64,000 nucleotides of DNA. Source: Pirellulales bacterium. Lineage in GTDB: Bacteria > Planctomycetota > Planctomycetia > Pirellulales > JAICIG01. Every line of letters begins with the position of its first letter. The stretch's first letter is position 1. The stretch lies in the NCBI GenBank assembly GCA_040901675.1, contig JBBDYJ010000035.1, forward strand, positions 74,054-138,053. The letters run 5' to 3'. Below, piece after piece: positions 30,549 through 42,071 of the stretch. The notes below the pieces were generated by a model. The model searched no databases. It saw only the letters and a program-made list of their open reading frames with translations, and was not told the origin of the DNA. A program made the translations under genes and the position numbers.

Positions 30549-33500
30549 ATGGCAGCATCCGACATCGTCATCCAAGGGGCCCGCGAACACAACCTGCGGG
30601 ACGTGAACCTGGTCCTGCCGCGAAACCGGCTGATCTGCCTCACCGGCGTCAGCGGTTCGGGAAAAAGCTCGCTGGCCTTCGACACGCTGTACGCCGAGGG
30701 GCAGCGCCGCTATGTCGAGAGCCTCTCCAGCTTCGCGCGGCAGTTCCTGGGCCAGATGCCCAAGCCCGACGTCGACTCGATCTCGGGACTCAGCCCGTCC
30801 ATCTCGATCTCGCAGAAGTCGAGCGGCCAGAACCCGCGCTCCACCGTCGGCACCATCACCGAGATCTACGACTACCTGCGGGTGCTGTATGCCCGCACCG
30901 GCTTGGGCCATTGCCCCAAGTGTACCCGGCCCATCACGGCCCAAACCCGCGACCAGATCCTCGACCGCATCTCGACGCTGGCCGAGGGCACACGGTTCAT
31001 CGTGCTGGCCCCCGTGATCAAGGCGCAAAAAGGGGAATACCGCGATCTGTTCGAAGACCTGCTCAAGCAGGGGTTCGTCCGCGCCCGCGTCGACGGCAGC
31101 CTGGTCTCGCTCTCCGACAACTTGAAGCTCGACCGGCAGATGCGGCACAACATCGAGGTGGTCATCGACCGCCTGGTGGCCGCTCCCGGATTGCGGCCGC
31201 GCCTGGCCGAAGCCGTCGAGCTGGCGCTGCGGATGGGCGACGGCAACCTGATCGTCGCCACCGAGGCCGCTGCCGCGGACCAGCCGGCGCCCGCCGAGGC
31301 CGCGCCGCGCCGCAAGCGCCGCGCCGCTGCGGCGCACAACGACCTGCAGCTCTCGGCCCATTACGCCTGCACGCACTGCGGCCTCAGCTTCGAGCCGCCC
31401 AGCCCGCAGTTGTTCAGCTTCAACAGCCCGCAGGGGATGTGCCTGGCGTGCGACGGCCTGGGAGAGATCTACAACTTCGATCCGGCGCTGTTGATCCCCG
31501 ACCCCGGCCGCTCGTTCAAGCAAGGCTGCATCGAGCTGATCGGACCCTGGACCGACATGGGCCGCTGGAGAAAGCACATCTACCACGGAGTAGCGGAGAC
31601 CCTGGAGCGAACCGTTGGTCTCGATCCGGGCGACCTGCTCGAAACGGCCTGGGAAGAGCTCGATCCCGCGCTGGCGCGGCAGTTGCTGTGGGGCACGGGC
31701 GAGATGCACGTCACCTACTCCTGGAAGCACGGCGGCGGAGTTCACAAGTACGGCGGCAAGTTCGAAGGCATCATCCCCGAGCTGTTGTCGAAGTACCGCA
31801 ACTCGAAGAGCGGCATGCAGCGCCGCCAGTTGGAAAAGTACATGCGCGTCATCGGCTGCGAGGCCTGCCGCGGCGCCCGCCTCAACGAGCAGGCCCGCGC
31901 CGTCACGCTGGCCACGCGGCATCCGCGCTTCGCCGATCGGTCCGCCCGGGCGCTGCACGAAGTCTGCTCGCTGGCCGTTTCGGACGCGGCCGACTTCTTC
32001 AGCGAGCTGGAACTGGGCGCCACCGGCCAGTTGATCGCGGCCGAAGTGCTCAAAGAGATCCGCGGCCGATTGGGCTTTCTGACCAACGTGGGGCTCAATT
32101 ATCTCTCGCTCGATCGCACCGCCCCCACGCTCTCCGGCGGCGAGTCGCAGCGCATCCGCCTGGCCGGCCAGATCGGCTGCGGTCTGGTCGGCGTGCTCTA
32201 CATCCTCGACGAGCCCTCGATTGGACTGCACCCCCGCGATAACGACCGGCTGCTCGCCACGCTGGCCAAGCTGCGCGACCTGGGCAACACGGTCGTCGTC
32301 GTCGAGCACGACGAAGACACGATGCGGGCCGCCGACCACCTGGTCGATTTTGGCCCCGGCCCCGGCGTGCGCGGCGGCGAAGTGGTCGCCTCCGGAACAG
32401 TCGAAGCCGTTTGCAGCCAACCCCGCAGCCTCACCGGCCAGTATCTCGCCGGCCGGTTGAAGATCGAAGTGCCTCCCAGCCGCCGTCCCACGGGCGAGGG
32501 CTGGCTGAAGATCGTCGCCGCCGCGGCCAACAATCTCAAGCAGGTCGACGTGGCGATTCCGCTGGGCACGTTCGTCTGCGTCACGGGTGTCTCCGGCTCG
32601 GGCAAGAGCTCGCTTGTCAACGACATCCTGGTCGAGGCCTTGCGCCGCGACCTCAACGGCGGCCTGGGCGAGCCGGGCCCCCACCAGCGGATCGAGGGGC
32701 TGGAGCACCTCGACAAGCTGATCGCCATCGATCAGTCGCCGATCGGCCGCACGCCCCGCTCGAACCCGGCCACGTACATCAAGGTCTTCGACGACATCCG
32801 CCGGCTCTACGCCCAACTGCCCGAGTCGAAAACCCGCGGCTACCAGGAGGGGCGGTTCAGCTTCAACGTGGCGGGCGGGCGCTGCGAGGCCTGCGAGGGG
32901 AACGGCTCGAACCGCCTGGAGATGGATTTCCTGGCCGACGTCTGGGTCACCTGCCCGGTCTGCGAAGGGCACCGCTTCAACCGCGAAACGCTGCAAGTCC
33001 GCTTCAAGGGCAAGAGCATCTCCGACGTCCTGGAGATGGACGTCCAGCAGGCCCTGGATCACTTCGAAAACATCCCCAAGGTGCGGCACAAGCTGCAAAC
33101 GCTGCACGACGTGGGGCTCGACTACCTGAAGCTCGGCCAGCCCTCGCCCACGCTCTCCGGCGGCGAGGCCCAGCGGATCAAGCTGGCCCGCGAGCTGGTC
33201 AAGAAGAGCACCGGCCGTACGCTCTACCTGCTCGACGAGCCGACCACCGGGCTGCACTTTGCCGATATCCGCATGCTGCTCAAGGTGCTGCACGACTTTG
33301 TCGACGCGGGTAACACCGTGCTGGTGGTCGAGCACAACCTTGACGTGATCAAGACGGCCGACTGGGTCATCGACCTCGGGCCTGAAGGGGGCGAGGCCGG
33401 CGGCCGCATCGTGGCCTGCGGCACCCCCGAGCACGTCGCCGGCTGCGCCGGTGAGGAGGGAAGGGGTGAAGGGGTGAAGGGGGGAAGGGGAGAAGAACCT

Positions 33501-36500
33501 CTCCCAAGCCACACCGGTGCCGCCCTGGCGCCCCTCCTGGCCGGTGGCTCGAAACCGCGGCGCGGCCGGCCCACCGCGCCGCCGCCGGCGCCGATCGCCA
33601 CCTCGATCAAGGTCCAGGGCGCCCGCCAGCACAACCTCAAGTCGATCGACGTCGAGATCCCCCGCGATCAACTCACCGTCTGCTGCGGGCCCAGCGGATC
33701 GGGCAAAAGCTCGCTCGCCATGGACACCATCTATGCCGAAGGCCAGCGGCGATACGTCGAGAGCCTCAGCGCCTACGCCCGCCAGTTCGTCGGGCAGATG
33801 CAAAAACCGCAGCTCGACCACATCGAAGGCCTCTCGCCCGCCATCGCCATCGAGCAGAAGCACCTGGGCCACACCCCACGCTCGACGGTCGGCACCGTCA
33901 CCGAGATCTACGACTACCTGCGGATCCTCTTCGCCCGCCTCGGCAAGCCCTACTGCCCCGATTGCGACGTGCCCATCGGCACCCAGTCGGCCGACGAAGT
34001 GATCGACAAGGTCATGGCCCACCCCGAAGGGACGCGCCTGTATCTGATGGCCCCCTTGGAAATCGACGTCGGCGAGCAGTACGAGTCGCTCTGGGAAGAC
34101 ATCCGCAAGGCCGGCTACGCCCGCATGCGCATCGACCGCAAGACCTGCTCCGTCGATCAGCCCCCCCGCATCGACCGCCGACGCAAGCACCTGGTCGAAG
34201 TGCTGATCGACCGCGTCACCATCCGCCCCGCGGCCCGCTCGCGCGTCGCCGGCAGCGTGGAGAATGCCCTGGCGCTGGGACGCGGCGTGTTGCACCTTGC
34301 CTTCCCCGACGACCAGACGCCGGAGGAAAACTGGCCCACCGAGATCCACAGCCAGCACTTTGCCTGCCAGCGCTGTGGGCGCAGCTTCGAACCGCTCACG
34401 CCGCACAACTTCTCCTTCAACAGCGCGCTGGGCTGGTGCCCATCCTGCGAGGGGCTCGGCACTCAGACCGGCGCCAACACGGCCGCCCTCTTGAGTGATC
34501 CCAAGCGCACGCTCGCCGAAGGCGCCGTGGCCGTCTGGCCGGCCGCCGACAACCGCCTCTTTCGCCCGATGCTCGCGGCGCTGGCCGCCCAGACCGGCCT
34601 GCCCATCAATGTGCCCTTTGAGCAGCTCTCCGCCCGCCATCGCCGCATCGTGCTGCACGGCGCCAGCGACGCCTGGATCAACGTCTATCCCCCAGGCCGC
34701 AAAAGCGGCGGCACGCCTCTCTTCCGCTTTCAATATAAAGGGCTCTACCCGGCGCTCGACGAGGCCTCCCGGCTCTCCAGCGCCTTTCGCGGCCGGCTCG
34801 ATCACCTCGTCGACCAGGTCGAGTGCTCCACCTGCTGTGGCAGCCGCCTGCGCGACGACGCCGGCACCGTGCGGTTCCGTGGCCAGACCATGGACGAGAT
34901 CGGCCGCACGCCGCTGGGCCAACTGCTCGATTGGTTCAAGTCGTGGAAGCCCACCGCCGCCGACCGCAAGATCGCCGGCGAGCTGCTGCGCGAAGTCGTC
35001 AACCGCTTGCAATTCCTGGTCGACGTGGGCCTCGACTACCTCACGCTCGGCCGGGCCGCCCCCACGCTCTCCGGCGGCGAGGCCCAGCGGATCCGCCTGG
35101 CCAGCCAGGTCGGCAGCGGCCTCACCGGCGTGCTCTACGTGCTCGACGAGCCGACGATCGGACTGCACCCCCGCGACAACCGGCGGCTGATCCAGGCCCT
35201 GGTCCGCCTCCGCGATCTGGGCAATACGCTGCTGCTGGTCGAGCACGATCGCGAGGTGGTCCAGGCGGCCGATCAACTGCTCGACTTCGGACCGGCGGCC
35301 GGGCAGCACGGCGGCCAGATCGTCGCCCGCGGCACGCCCGCCCAGGTGGCCAGGCAAAAGGGCTCGGTCACCGGGCCCTACCTGTCCGGTGGCAAGGCCA
35401 TCCCGGTGCCGACCAACCGCCGCATGCAACGTGCGTCGATCAACGCCGGCGGCGGCACCCAGCCTCCCGCGCCCGCCACGTCCACGAAAGCGGCCAGGCG
35501 TCTCAAAACCAACGGTCGCAAGCCAGCCAAGGCGGCTGCCCGTGACAAAGACCTGCCGAAGAGCGGGCTCTCTGCGCCTCCCGGCGGCGGCTGGCTGGAG
35601 ATCGTCGGCGCGCGGCACAACAACCTGCGGCACATCGACGTGGCCATACCGCTGGGCACCTTCACCGTGGTCACCGGCGTCAGCGGCAGCGGCAAGAGCT
35701 CGCTCGTCGAAGACGTACTCTACAACGCGCTGGCCCGCTCGTTGCACCGCGCCCGCACGTTTCCCGGTGCGCACGACGCCATCCGCGGCCTGGAGCGGAT
35801 CAACAAGGTGATCCGCGTCGATCAGCAGCCGCTGGGCCACACGCCCACCTCGAACCCCGCCACGTACACCGGCGTCTTCGACCTCATCCGCACGCTGTAC
35901 GCCCAGTTGCCCGACGCCCGCCTGCGGGGCTACGCGCCACGCCGCTTCAGCTTCAACGTGCCCGGCGGCCGCTGCGAAAAGTGCGAGGGCAACGGCCAGC
36001 TTTCGATCGAGATGCACTTTCTGCCCGACGTCTGGGTCGAGTGCGACGAGTGCCGCGGCCGCCGCTACAACGAGCAGACGCTGGCCGTGCGGTTCCGCGG
36101 CCAGTCGATTGCCGACGTGCTCGACATGTCGTGCGGGCAGGCGCTGGAGCTGTTTGCCAACATTCCCAACATCCGCCGCGTGCTCCAGACGATTTGCGAC
36201 GTGGGTCTCGACTACCTGCGTCTGGGCCAGCCGGCGCCCACGCTGTCGGGCGGCGAGGCGCAGCGCGTCAAGCTGGCCGCCGAGCTGGCGCGCCCCGACA
36301 CGGGACAGACCCTGTACCTGCTCGACGAACCGACCACGGGGCTGCACTTCGACGACCTGGCGCGGCTGCTCGACGTGCTCAATCGCCTGGTCGACCTGGG
36401 TAACACGGTGGTGGTCATCGAGCACAATCTCGACGTGATCAAGACGGCCGACTGGGTGATCGACATGGGCCCCGAAGCCGGTGAAGGCGGCGGCCACGTC

Positions 36501-37859
36501 GTCGCCTCCGGAACGCCAGAGCAGATTGCCGCAGAGGCGGCAATCCGACAAGGGGACAAGGCGACAAGGGGACAAGGCGACAAGGCGATAAGCCCCGCGG
36601 CCGAGGACACGTTCAGGCGGCGGGTGCCTGGGTCAAAGCGTCAGCGTGCCCCAGTTGACCCCCCGTCTTCCGTTCCCCTTGTCGCCTTGTCGCCTTGTCG
36701 CCTTGTCGATTCAGTCCCTCCCTCCCCTCCTTTCTCCTTTCGCAGCCACACCGCCGAGGTTCTTGCCCCGGTCCTCGCCGCCGGGCCGCACGCCGAGCGC
36801 CGGCCCTACGACTTCACCGCCCACCTGGCGACCCGCGATGACGACCTGGAACTCCACGAGGTGGGACGCGACGCCCAGATGCCCTGGGAGCAGGATGGCC
36901 GCCGCTGGCATACCGTCGACCGCGTCGGCCGCAACGGCCGGCCTTGCCGCTGGGACGGCCGGATCCTGGCCAGCATCGTCGACCGCATTCACGAGCTGGG
37001 CCAGTTCAGCTCCACCAATTGGAACGCGCGGACCATCGTGGAGATTTCGGCTGCCCGCAAGGCCGACGGCTGGTTCATGCACGCTATCACCGGCGAAGAG
37101 TGGCTCTTGAAGCTCAAGTTCCGCGTCGCCAAGCGCACCTTCCAGCGAGAAGAGCTCGTCTCGCGGCTCGACCTCAAGCCGCTCAACGACCTGCCCGACC
37201 TGCCCGTCTACGGCTCCGAGCCGCGAGTGCAGTGCAAGCAGCTTCGCGGCCCATGGCAGGAAGTGCAGTTGAAGGTCCACTCTCTCGACGAGGTCGACCG
37301 GCCCGCCTTCTGGGAGTTTCTCTCTCAGGCGGTCGCCGGCTTCCGGCAGTTCACCGAGCGGGTCGAGCAGCAGCCCGAGGATGTCATGCCCTGGAAGGTG
37401 CTGGGCCGCAAGTGGCACCTCTCGCGCAAGGGCTTTCCGCCCGGCAAGAAGGTTTCCTGGGACACGACCGTGTTGGAGGAGCTGTGCGAGCTGTTGGCCG
37501 AGACGGCGCCGTCGGGCCAGTTTCTCTGGAACAACCAGCAGGTGGTGCACCTTTGCGTCAACGGCGCGGGCGAGCCTTGGGCCACCATCCATACCAAGCG
37601 GCCGGCCGCCGTCGACCTGGTGCTCACCGGCCCCAAGAACCGCTTCGCCCTGGGCCGCGTGGCCCAACTGGGCCACGACCGCCAGGTCGAGACCGACCGC
37701 CCTGACAAGGACATGGTCAAGCTCAAGTTCGTCGAGGCCGCGCAGGTCGTCAGCGACGAGCTGGCCCGTTTCCTTCAGGAGCACCTTCGTGCGGTCCTCG
37801 TGGGGGCCGAACGGACAACACTCACCCGACGCGCCAGCGAGAGACCCTCCCCACACTAA
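30549..37859 (+). CDS. uvrA: Excinuclease ABC subunit A, tandem double UvrA with C-terminal extension
   Basis: Four ABC cassettes (GVSGSGKSS x3, GPSGSGKSS), four LSGGE signatures, zinc fingers; about 370 aa extra C-terminal region. Confidence 0.97.
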   Translation: MAASDIVIQGAREHNLRDVNLVLPRNRLICLTGVSGSGKSSLAFDTLYAEGQRRYVESLSSFARQFLGQMPKPDVDSISGLSPSISISQKSSGQNPRSTVGTITEIYDYLRVLYARTGLGHCPKCTRPITAQTRDQILDRISTLAEGTRFIVLAPVIKAQKGEYRDLFEDLLKQGFVRARVDGSLVSLSDNLKLDRQMRHNIEVVIDRLVAAPGLRPRLAEAVELALRMGDGNLIVATEAAAADQPAPAEAAPRRKRRAAAAHNDLQLSAHYACTHCGLSFEPPSPQLFSFNSPQGMCLACDGLGEIYNFDPALLIPDPGRSFKQGCIELIGPWTDMGRWRKHIYHGVAETLERTVGLDPGDLLETAWEELDPALARQLLWGTGEMHVTYSWKHGGGVHKYGGKFEGIIPELLSKYRNSKSGMQRRQLEKYMRVIGCEACRGARLNEQARAVTLATRHPRFADRSARALHEVCSLAVSDAADFFSELELGATGQLIAAEVLKEIRGRLGFLTNVGLNYLSLDRTAPTLSGGESQRIRLAGQIGCGLVGVLYILDEPSIGLHPRDNDRLLATLAKLRDLGNTVVVVEHDEDTMRAADHLVDFGPGPGVRGGEVVASGTVEAVCSQPRSLTGQYLAGRLKIEVPPSRRPTGEGWLKIVAAAANNLKQVDVAIPLGTFVCVTGVSGSGKSSLVNDILVEALRRDLNGGLGEPGPHQRIEGLEHLDKLIAIDQSPIGRTPRSNPATYIKVFDDIRRLYAQLPESKTRGYQEGRFSFNVAGGRCEACEGNGSNRLEMDFLADVWVTCPVCEGHRFNRETLQVRFKGKSISDVLEMDVQQALDHFENIPKVRHKLQTLHDVGLDYLKLGQPSPTLSGGEAQRIKLARELVKKSTGRTLYLLDEPTTGLHFADIRMLLKVLHDFVDAGNTVLVVEHNLDVIKTADWVIDLGPEGGEAGGRIVACGTPEHVAGCAGEEGRGEGVKGGRGEEPLPSHTGAALAPLLAGGSKPRRGRPTAPPPAPIATSIKVQGARQHNLKSIDVEIPRDQLTVCCGPSGSGKSSLAMDTIYAEGQRRYVESLSAYARQFVGQMQKPQLDHIEGLSPAIAIEQKHLGHTPRSTVGTVTEIYDYLRILFARLGKPYCPDCDVPIGTQSADEVIDKVMAHPEGTRLYLMAPLEIDVGEQYESLWEDIRKAGYARMRIDRKTCSVDQPPRIDRRRKHLVEVLIDRVTIRPAARSRVAGSVENALALGRGVLHLAFPDDQTPEENWPTEIHSQHFACQRCGRSFEPLTPHNFSFNSALGWCPSCEGLGTQTGANTAALLSDPKRTLAEGAVAVWPAADNRLFRPMLAALAAQTGLPINVPFEQLSARHRRIVLHGASDAWINVYPPGRKSGGTPLFRFQYKGLYPALDEASRLSSAFRGRLDHLVDQVECSTCCGSRLRDDAGTVRFRGQTMDEIGRTPLGQLLDWFKSWKPTAADRKIAGELLREVVNRLQFLVDVGLDYLTLGRAAPTLSGGEAQRIRLASQVGSGLTGVLYVLDEPTIGLHPRDNRRLIQALVRLRDLGNTLLLVEHDREVVQAADQLLDFGPAAGQHGGQIVARGTPAQVARQKGSVTGPYLSGGKAIPVPTNRRMQRASINAGGGTQPPAPATSTKAARRLKTNGRKPAKAAARDKDLPKSGLSAPPGGGWLEIVGARHNNLRHIDVAIPLGTFTVVTGVSGSGKSSLVEDVLYNALARSLHRARTFPGAHDAIRGLERINKVIRVDQQPLGHTPTSNPATYTGVFDLIRTLYAQLPDARLRGYAPRRFSFNVPGGRCEKCEGNGQLSIEMHFLPDVWVECDECRGRRYNEQTLAVRFRGQSIADVLDMSCGQALELFANIPNIRRVLQTICDVGLDYLRLGQPAPTLSGGEAQRVKLAAELARPDTGQTLYLLDEPTTGLHFDDLARLLDVLNRLVDLGNTVVVIEHNLDVIKTADWVIDMGPEAGEGGGHVVASGTPEQIAAEAAIRQGDKATRGQGDKAISPAAEDTFRRRVPGSKRQRAPVDPPSSVPLVALSPCRLVDSVPPSPPFSFRSHTAEVLAPVLAAGPHAERRPYDFTAHLATRDDDLELHEVGRDAQMPWEQDGRRWHTVDRVGRNGRPCRWDGRILASIVDRIHELGQFSSTNWNARTIVEISAARKADGWFMHAITGEEWLLKLKFRVAKRTFQREELVSRLDLKPLNDLPDLPVYGSEPRVQCKQLRGPWQEVQLKVHSLDEVDRPAFWEFLSQAVAGFRQFTERVEQQPEDVMPWKVLGRKWHLSRKGFPPGKKVSWDTTVLEELCELLAETAPSGQFLWNNQQVVHLCVNGAGEPWATIHTKRPAAVDLVLTGPKNRFALGRVAQLGHDRQVETDRPDKDMVKLKFVEAAQVVSDELARFLQEHLRAVLVGAERTTLTRRASERPSPH
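33460..33495. repeat. In-frame octamer array (GAAGGGGN) within uvrA
   Basis: GAAGGGGT GAAGGGGT GAAGGGGG GAAGGGGA GAAG. Confidence 0.85.
36547..36708. repeat. In-frame inverted octamer arrays enclosing a REP-like unit within uvrA
   Basis: (GACAAGGS)x5 at 36547-36586 and (SCCTTGTC)x4 at about 36675-36708; the centre holds CAAAGCGTCAGCGTGCCCCAGT, identical to the unit at 24022 and 24137. Confidence 0.92.
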
Positions 37860-37920
37860 CCCGACGCGCCAGCGAGGCAACATGCCCGCCAGAGCATGTA
37901 CGATCCCGAGCGCTAGCGAG
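37824..37920. repeat. REP-like ACCCGACGCGCCAGCGAG x2 plus a degenerate third copy
   Basis: 37824-37841, 37859-37876 and 37905-37920; straddles the uvrA stop codon. Confidence 0.85.
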
Positions 37921-37929
37921 CCCTGTTCC

Positions 37930-37978
37930 CTGACCTCTGCCTTCTGACCTCTGACCTCTGTCCTCTGCCTTCATCCTT
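37930..37978. repeat. Heptamer array (CTGACCT-type) just before an ATG
   Basis: CTGACCT CTGCCTT CTGACCT CTGACCT CTGTCCT CTGCCTT. Confidence 0.85.
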
Positions 37979-37982
37979 CCCC

Positions 37983-38630
37983 ATGCCGTTGCTTCCCGCC
38001 AGCTTCCTCTTCCGCTTCGCGGTTCCTTGCCGGTTCAAGGACCCCGTGTGGACTGATGCGGGTCCACAGCTCGACGAATCGTATCGGCTGGCGAGTCCGG
38101 GCGAGTTGGACGTGCAGCGGACGTTCGCGGAGGTTCGGGCCGCCTGGAGCCAGGCCGGCCTGGCGATCTCGGCCCGCGTGGAGGGCAAGCGGCAGCCCCC
38201 CTGGTGCCGCGAGAGCCGTCCCGACGACAGCGACGGCCTGCGGGTCTGGATCGACACCCGCGACACGCACAACATCCACCGCGCCACTCGCTTCTGTCAT
38301 CAGTTCATGTTCATGCCGTCCGGCGCCGGCCGCGGTCTCGACGAGCCCTGCGCCGAGCAGCTTTTGATCAACCGCGCCCGCGAGAACGCCAAGCCTGTGC
38401 GTCCCGGCCAGCTCGCCGTCCGCCGCGAGAAGCGGGTCGACGGCTATCTCCTGGAGGCCCACGTCCCTTCGGCCGCGCTGACCGGTTTTGATCCGAGTGA
38501 AAACCCTCGTCTTGGTTTCACCTACGCCATTTTCGACCGCGAGCTCGGCGAGCAGACCTTTCTGCTCGACAACCAGTTCCCCTACCAGGAAGACCCCAGC
38601 GTCTGGGCCACCCTCGACCTCGTCCGATAG
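37983..38630 (+). CDS. DOMON/CBM9-like conserved planctomycete protein
   Basis: DGLRVWIDTRDTHNIHRATRFCHQF...GYLLEAHVP...EDPSVWATLDL. Confidence 0.75.
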   Translation: MPLLPASFLFRFAVPCRFKDPVWTDAGPQLDESYRLASPGELDVQRTFAEVRAAWSQAGLAISARVEGKRQPPWCRESRPDDSDGLRVWIDTRDTHNIHRATRFCHQFMFMPSGAGRGLDEPCAEQLLINRARENAKPVRPGQLAVRREKRVDGYLLEAHVPSAALTGFDPSENPRLGFTYAIFDRELGEQTFLLDNQFPYQEDPSVWATLDLVR

Positions 38631-38750
38631 CAGCTCACGTCAATCTGCCCCCGGCTTGGCTAGCCGTCTTGCGTGTGTTGCATCGAATGCTGGTCCGTTC
38701 TATTGCGGCGGGCTACACTTGACACCCAAAGAGCGGGAGGTCCAGGACCC

Positions 38751-39302
38751 ATGGCACGCAAAAGTCGGGCGGGAACGACAAAGAGTGCGGTTTCAGCAAA
38801 CCAGATCGAACGCTCGATTGTGGTGGTCCGCGGCCAACGGGTTATGTTGGATGCGGACCTCGCCAGACTGTACCGCGTGTCTACCAAAGCGCTCAATCAG
38901 GCGGTCAAGCGCAACTTGAATCGATTCCCACCCGACTTCGCGTTCCGCATGACTCGACCGGAGTTCAACAACTTGAAGTCACAAGATGTGACCTCAAGTT
39001 GGGGCGGTCGGCGCACCCTTCCCTGGGCCTTCACTGAGCATGGGGTCGCCATGCTGAGCAGTGTCCTGCGCTCACCCATGGCTGCCCGGGTCAACATTGA
39101 GATCATGCGGGCGTTCATCCGCCTTCGCCGTCTCCTGGCGACGCCAGGCGAGCTCGCTCAGCAAATAGCCATACTCGCGCAAACGGTCGACCTTCACGAC
39201 GATCAGATCAAAGCACTGATTAACGCTCTTAAGCAAATGATGGCGGAGCCACCCAAGTTGAGAGAAATCGGGTTCCACGCACTCCGCCACGAAAAGAAAT
39301 GA
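38751..39302 (+). CDS. ORF6N (KilA-N-like) domain protein
   Basis: RGQRVMLDADLARLY...LNQAVKRN..RFPPDF...AFTEHGVAMLSSVLRS; C-terminal IGF. Confidence 0.92.
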   Translation: MARKSRAGTTKSAVSANQIERSIVVVRGQRVMLDADLARLYRVSTKALNQAVKRNLNRFPPDFAFRMTRPEFNNLKSQDVTSSWGGRRTLPWAFTEHGVAMLSSVLRSPMAARVNIEIMRAFIRLRRLLATPGELAQQIAILAQTVDLHDDQIKALINALKQMMAEPPKLREIGFHALRHEKK

Positions 39303-39357
39303 CGGTACTCGTCGATCTACGCAACCCCCCAGTCAGTAGTCAGTGACCAACAAACGG

Positions 39358-39611
39358 ATGGCACGCAAGCGAACGAAGAAGACGGATTCCGGGAAGAAAT
39401 CGGGCCCCCCTGAGGCAGATATCCGCAGGCGATTCGCCGCCGGCCTGCGGAACGTCTTCGGGCTGTACCGCCCGCTGGTGGATGAATGGTCCTTGTACGA
39501 CGCTTCGCGATTTCCACCGCGGCTAATCGCTACCGAGAAAGGGGGCGAAATGCAAGTCGCGCAGGCGACGCAGTTCGACCAGATCCGGCAAAGTGCTGAG
39601 GAAATGAACAG

Positions 39612-39615
<4 letters not shown>
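39358..39615 (+). pseudogene. Zeta-toxin/AAA-like ATPase remnant lacking the P-loop domain
   Basis: Basic N-terminus joined directly to PEADIRRRF..GLRNVFGLYRPLVDEWSLYDAS...PRLIA, which resembles zeta-toxin-like C-termini; no Walker A. Confidence 0.65.
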
Positions 39616-39872
<257 letters not shown>

Positions 39873-39927
39873 CAACTCCGGCTCCGGCGGAGCCTCTGCC
39901 CCGTCCGATGTCTCCGCATCGGTCCTG

Positions 39928-40072
39928 TGATGTGGTCCACTCGCTCCGCGGCTCTCCCCTTGTTCCCCGCCGGACGTCTCTCCGTAAAGTAGTCGTCACG
40001 CTCCGCGTGACGCATCCGTCGTCTTGCTGTCTCGTTGTGCTCCACTTGGGCTGCAAGTCCGCCTCCGGCGGA
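39928..40072. repeat. Cluster of three REP-like units
   Basis: TGATGTGGTCCACTCGCTCCGCG (inverted copy at 54206-54228); CGTCACGCTCCGCGTGACG hairpin; CTGCAAGTCCGCCTCCGGCGGA (also near 41969-42003 and 56300-56361). Confidence 0.8.
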
Positions 40073-40174
40073 TCGCCTCATCCCCTCATCGGCCCTCCCC
40101 CTTCCGCTTCCCTCGCCCCCTCGTTCCAGCCGCGGGGCCCGCTATAATGATCGGCGCTCCCGGAGCCACCCACT

Positions 40175-41644
40175 ATGACCGATGAGCCTCATCCGATCTG
40201 GGCCTCGATGGAGCGGGCGATCGATGCCGCTCCCAGCGACAGGGAGTCGCTGTTTCCCCCGGACTGGCTGCCTCGCCCCTTGTCCCCCTGGGCGTTTTGG
40301 TCGCTGATTGCACTCGTCCGCCACCGGGCCAGGCAGCATTGGGCGCTTGGTATCGTGCGAGACCGCCTGGGAATCGCCCCGGCCGACATGGTCACCGATA
40401 AAAAATGGTGGCGGATCGAGCCCCGCGGCGGCGTCGTGCCCGGCCTTATCGAATGGAGCTACGAGCTCGGCGGTTCTGTCTTCCAACTCACTCATCGCCT
40501 GACCGGAGAAGTCATTCGCGCCGTGGTCTACGAAGAGACCGGCGAAACGTTCTTCCCCGGCTACTGCGGCGGCTACATCGCCAGCCTGCGGGCGCCGGAG
40601 CCGCCGGAGCGGCGCTTGAGGGAGTTGCACCCTTCGATTTGGACCATGTGCCTCGCCGAACGCGAGCTCCAACGCGCCGGCCTGCTGCTGCCTTCTCCCC
40701 ATTCGGACGGAACATTCGTGCTGCCTCCGCAAGTCATCGACCGCGCGGAGCTGGCGTCGGCCTTCTGCCAGGCCTGGTGCGACGACGCCCGCCGGCCCGG
40801 GGCCGCCTTGGCCGTGGGCGATTGGATGGCCGCCGCCCGCCTGATGCCGGATGCCAGCGCCGATGTGCGCGACCGAATTCATGCGGAAATGCAGGACTGC
40901 CAGTTGCGGCGAGTGCGGATGCTCATGAACCGGATCGCCAGCAAGAAGTGGGGCGGCGAAGCGTTGACCGCCTTTGCGGAGCTCGATCCGCGGTGGGGCA
41001 GCTTAGTGATTGGCGAGGTGCTTGCCGGCTGCCGGCGATTGAGTCTGATCTATACTGCTCTCGACATGATCGTCGAAGCCGACAACGCATCCTGGTGCCC
41101 GTCGGTTGGTCGCCTGTTCAAGCGGCTCGACCCGAATCGAAGCGAAATGCAGGCGATATGTTGGCGGATATGCGCCGAGATTCTGCTCCGGCACGGCTAC
41201 CGCAAGCGCGAGGTGCTGAAGCGGCTGAGTCGGGCCAGGCGGTTCGAGGTCTCGGACGCTGCCTTCTTGGCGCTCAAATACGATCCTCCCCGCGCCCCGC
41301 CTCTCTTCCGGCGAGCGTTGAGCTTGAAGGATATGCCGGACCGCGGGAACGCCGCGGCGGTCCTGGCCATCTTGGACGAGGACTGGTCACGGCGTCTGAT
41401 GCTGGAAACCATGAACGAATCGGACGACGTCGACGCAGCCATCGAGTGCTGCTGTGCCCTCTCCTTCAGTCGTGATCCGTCGGCCCGCCGTGCCGCGGAG
41501 CAATGGGAGCGAGCGTTCGACTCCAGCTCGCAATTGAAAGGCACATCCCTGCCCGTACGGCGCCAAGACGCCGACGAGATGATGCGGGCCGCGATGGACG
41601 CCTGCCACAACACGGTCCTGCCGCTGCGCGGCCGCATCCCCTAG
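40175..41644 (+). CDS. Hypothetical protein with HEAT-like helical C-terminus
   Basis: 489-aa ORF, TATAAT at 40143 and GGAG RBS; helical Ala/Leu-rich C-terminal half. Confidence 0.7.
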   Translation: MTDEPHPIWASMERAIDAAPSDRESLFPPDWLPRPLSPWAFWSLIALVRHRARQHWALGIVRDRLGIAPADMVTDKKWWRIEPRGGVVPGLIEWSYELGGSVFQLTHRLTGEVIRAVVYEETGETFFPGYCGGYIASLRAPEPPERRLRELHPSIWTMCLAERELQRAGLLLPSPHSDGTFVLPPQVIDRAELASAFCQAWCDDARRPGAALAVGDWMAAARLMPDASADVRDRIHAEMQDCQLRRVRMLMNRIASKKWGGEALTAFAELDPRWGSLVIGEVLAGCRRLSLIYTALDMIVEADNASWCPSVGRLFKRLDPNRSEMQAICWRICAEILLRHGYRKREVLKRLSRARRFEVSDAAFLALKYDPPRAPPLFRRALSLKDMPDRGNAAAVLAILDEDWSRRLMLETMNESDDVDAAIECCCALSFSRDPSARRAAEQWERAFDSSSQLKGTSLPVRRQDADEMMRAAMDACHNTVLPLRGRIP

Positions 41645-41718
41645 CCGGTGCAGGGTGATCCACTCGCTCCGTCCGCGCTACGGAAGGATGTGATTGATGG
41701 ACGCTACGAACGACAAAC

Positions 41719-41938
41719 CACAAAGAACACAAGGGACACAAAGAGAATACAGAGTTACGGACGCTACGGGTTACGGACCTCTCGCCAAGGCGCCAAGGCG
41801 CAAAGAGGAAAACGGGACGGAACGAAAGGCACGAACAGACGACGACGAGGGTTAACCACTGAGTTACGGAGAACACGGAGACGCCGGGACATGGACGACG
41901 GATGGACGAAGAAGATTGGGCACGAAAAGGCACGAAAA
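41719..41938. repeat. Mosaic of short 8-10-mer tandem blocks
   Basis: CACAAAGAA-type x3, TACGG-type, CGCCAAGG x2, ACGGAGA-type, GGCACGAAAA x2. Confidence 0.75.
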
Positions 41939-42043
41939 GACGACGACGATCGTTTTTTCCGGCCGTCTGTCCGCCTCCGGCGGAACCGTGCTGCAAGTCC
42001 GCCGCCGTTCGGCCTAGAGGCTCTCGACAGGCAGGCGGAACCT

Positions 42044-42071
42044 CTGTCCTCTGACTTCTGACTTCCGACTT
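42044..42071. repeat. Heptamer array abutting a stop codon
   Basis: CTGTCCT CTGACTT CTGACTT CCGACTT. Confidence 0.8.

Noticed and set aside
30324-36575. 2083-aa antisense ORF (also 46596-49025, 57555-59828, 8184-10328, 50779-52650)
   Set aside because: Shadow ORFs opposite well-supported genes; expected from high-GC codon bias; no motifs.
33460-36745. Inteins or self-splicing introns in uvrA
   Set aside because: No Cys/Ser...His-Asn intein termini, the inserts are too short, and there are no group I/II features.
37824-37920. CRISPR array
   Set aside because: Only two or three 18-bp units with short uneven spacers and no cas genes; better read as REP-like repeats.
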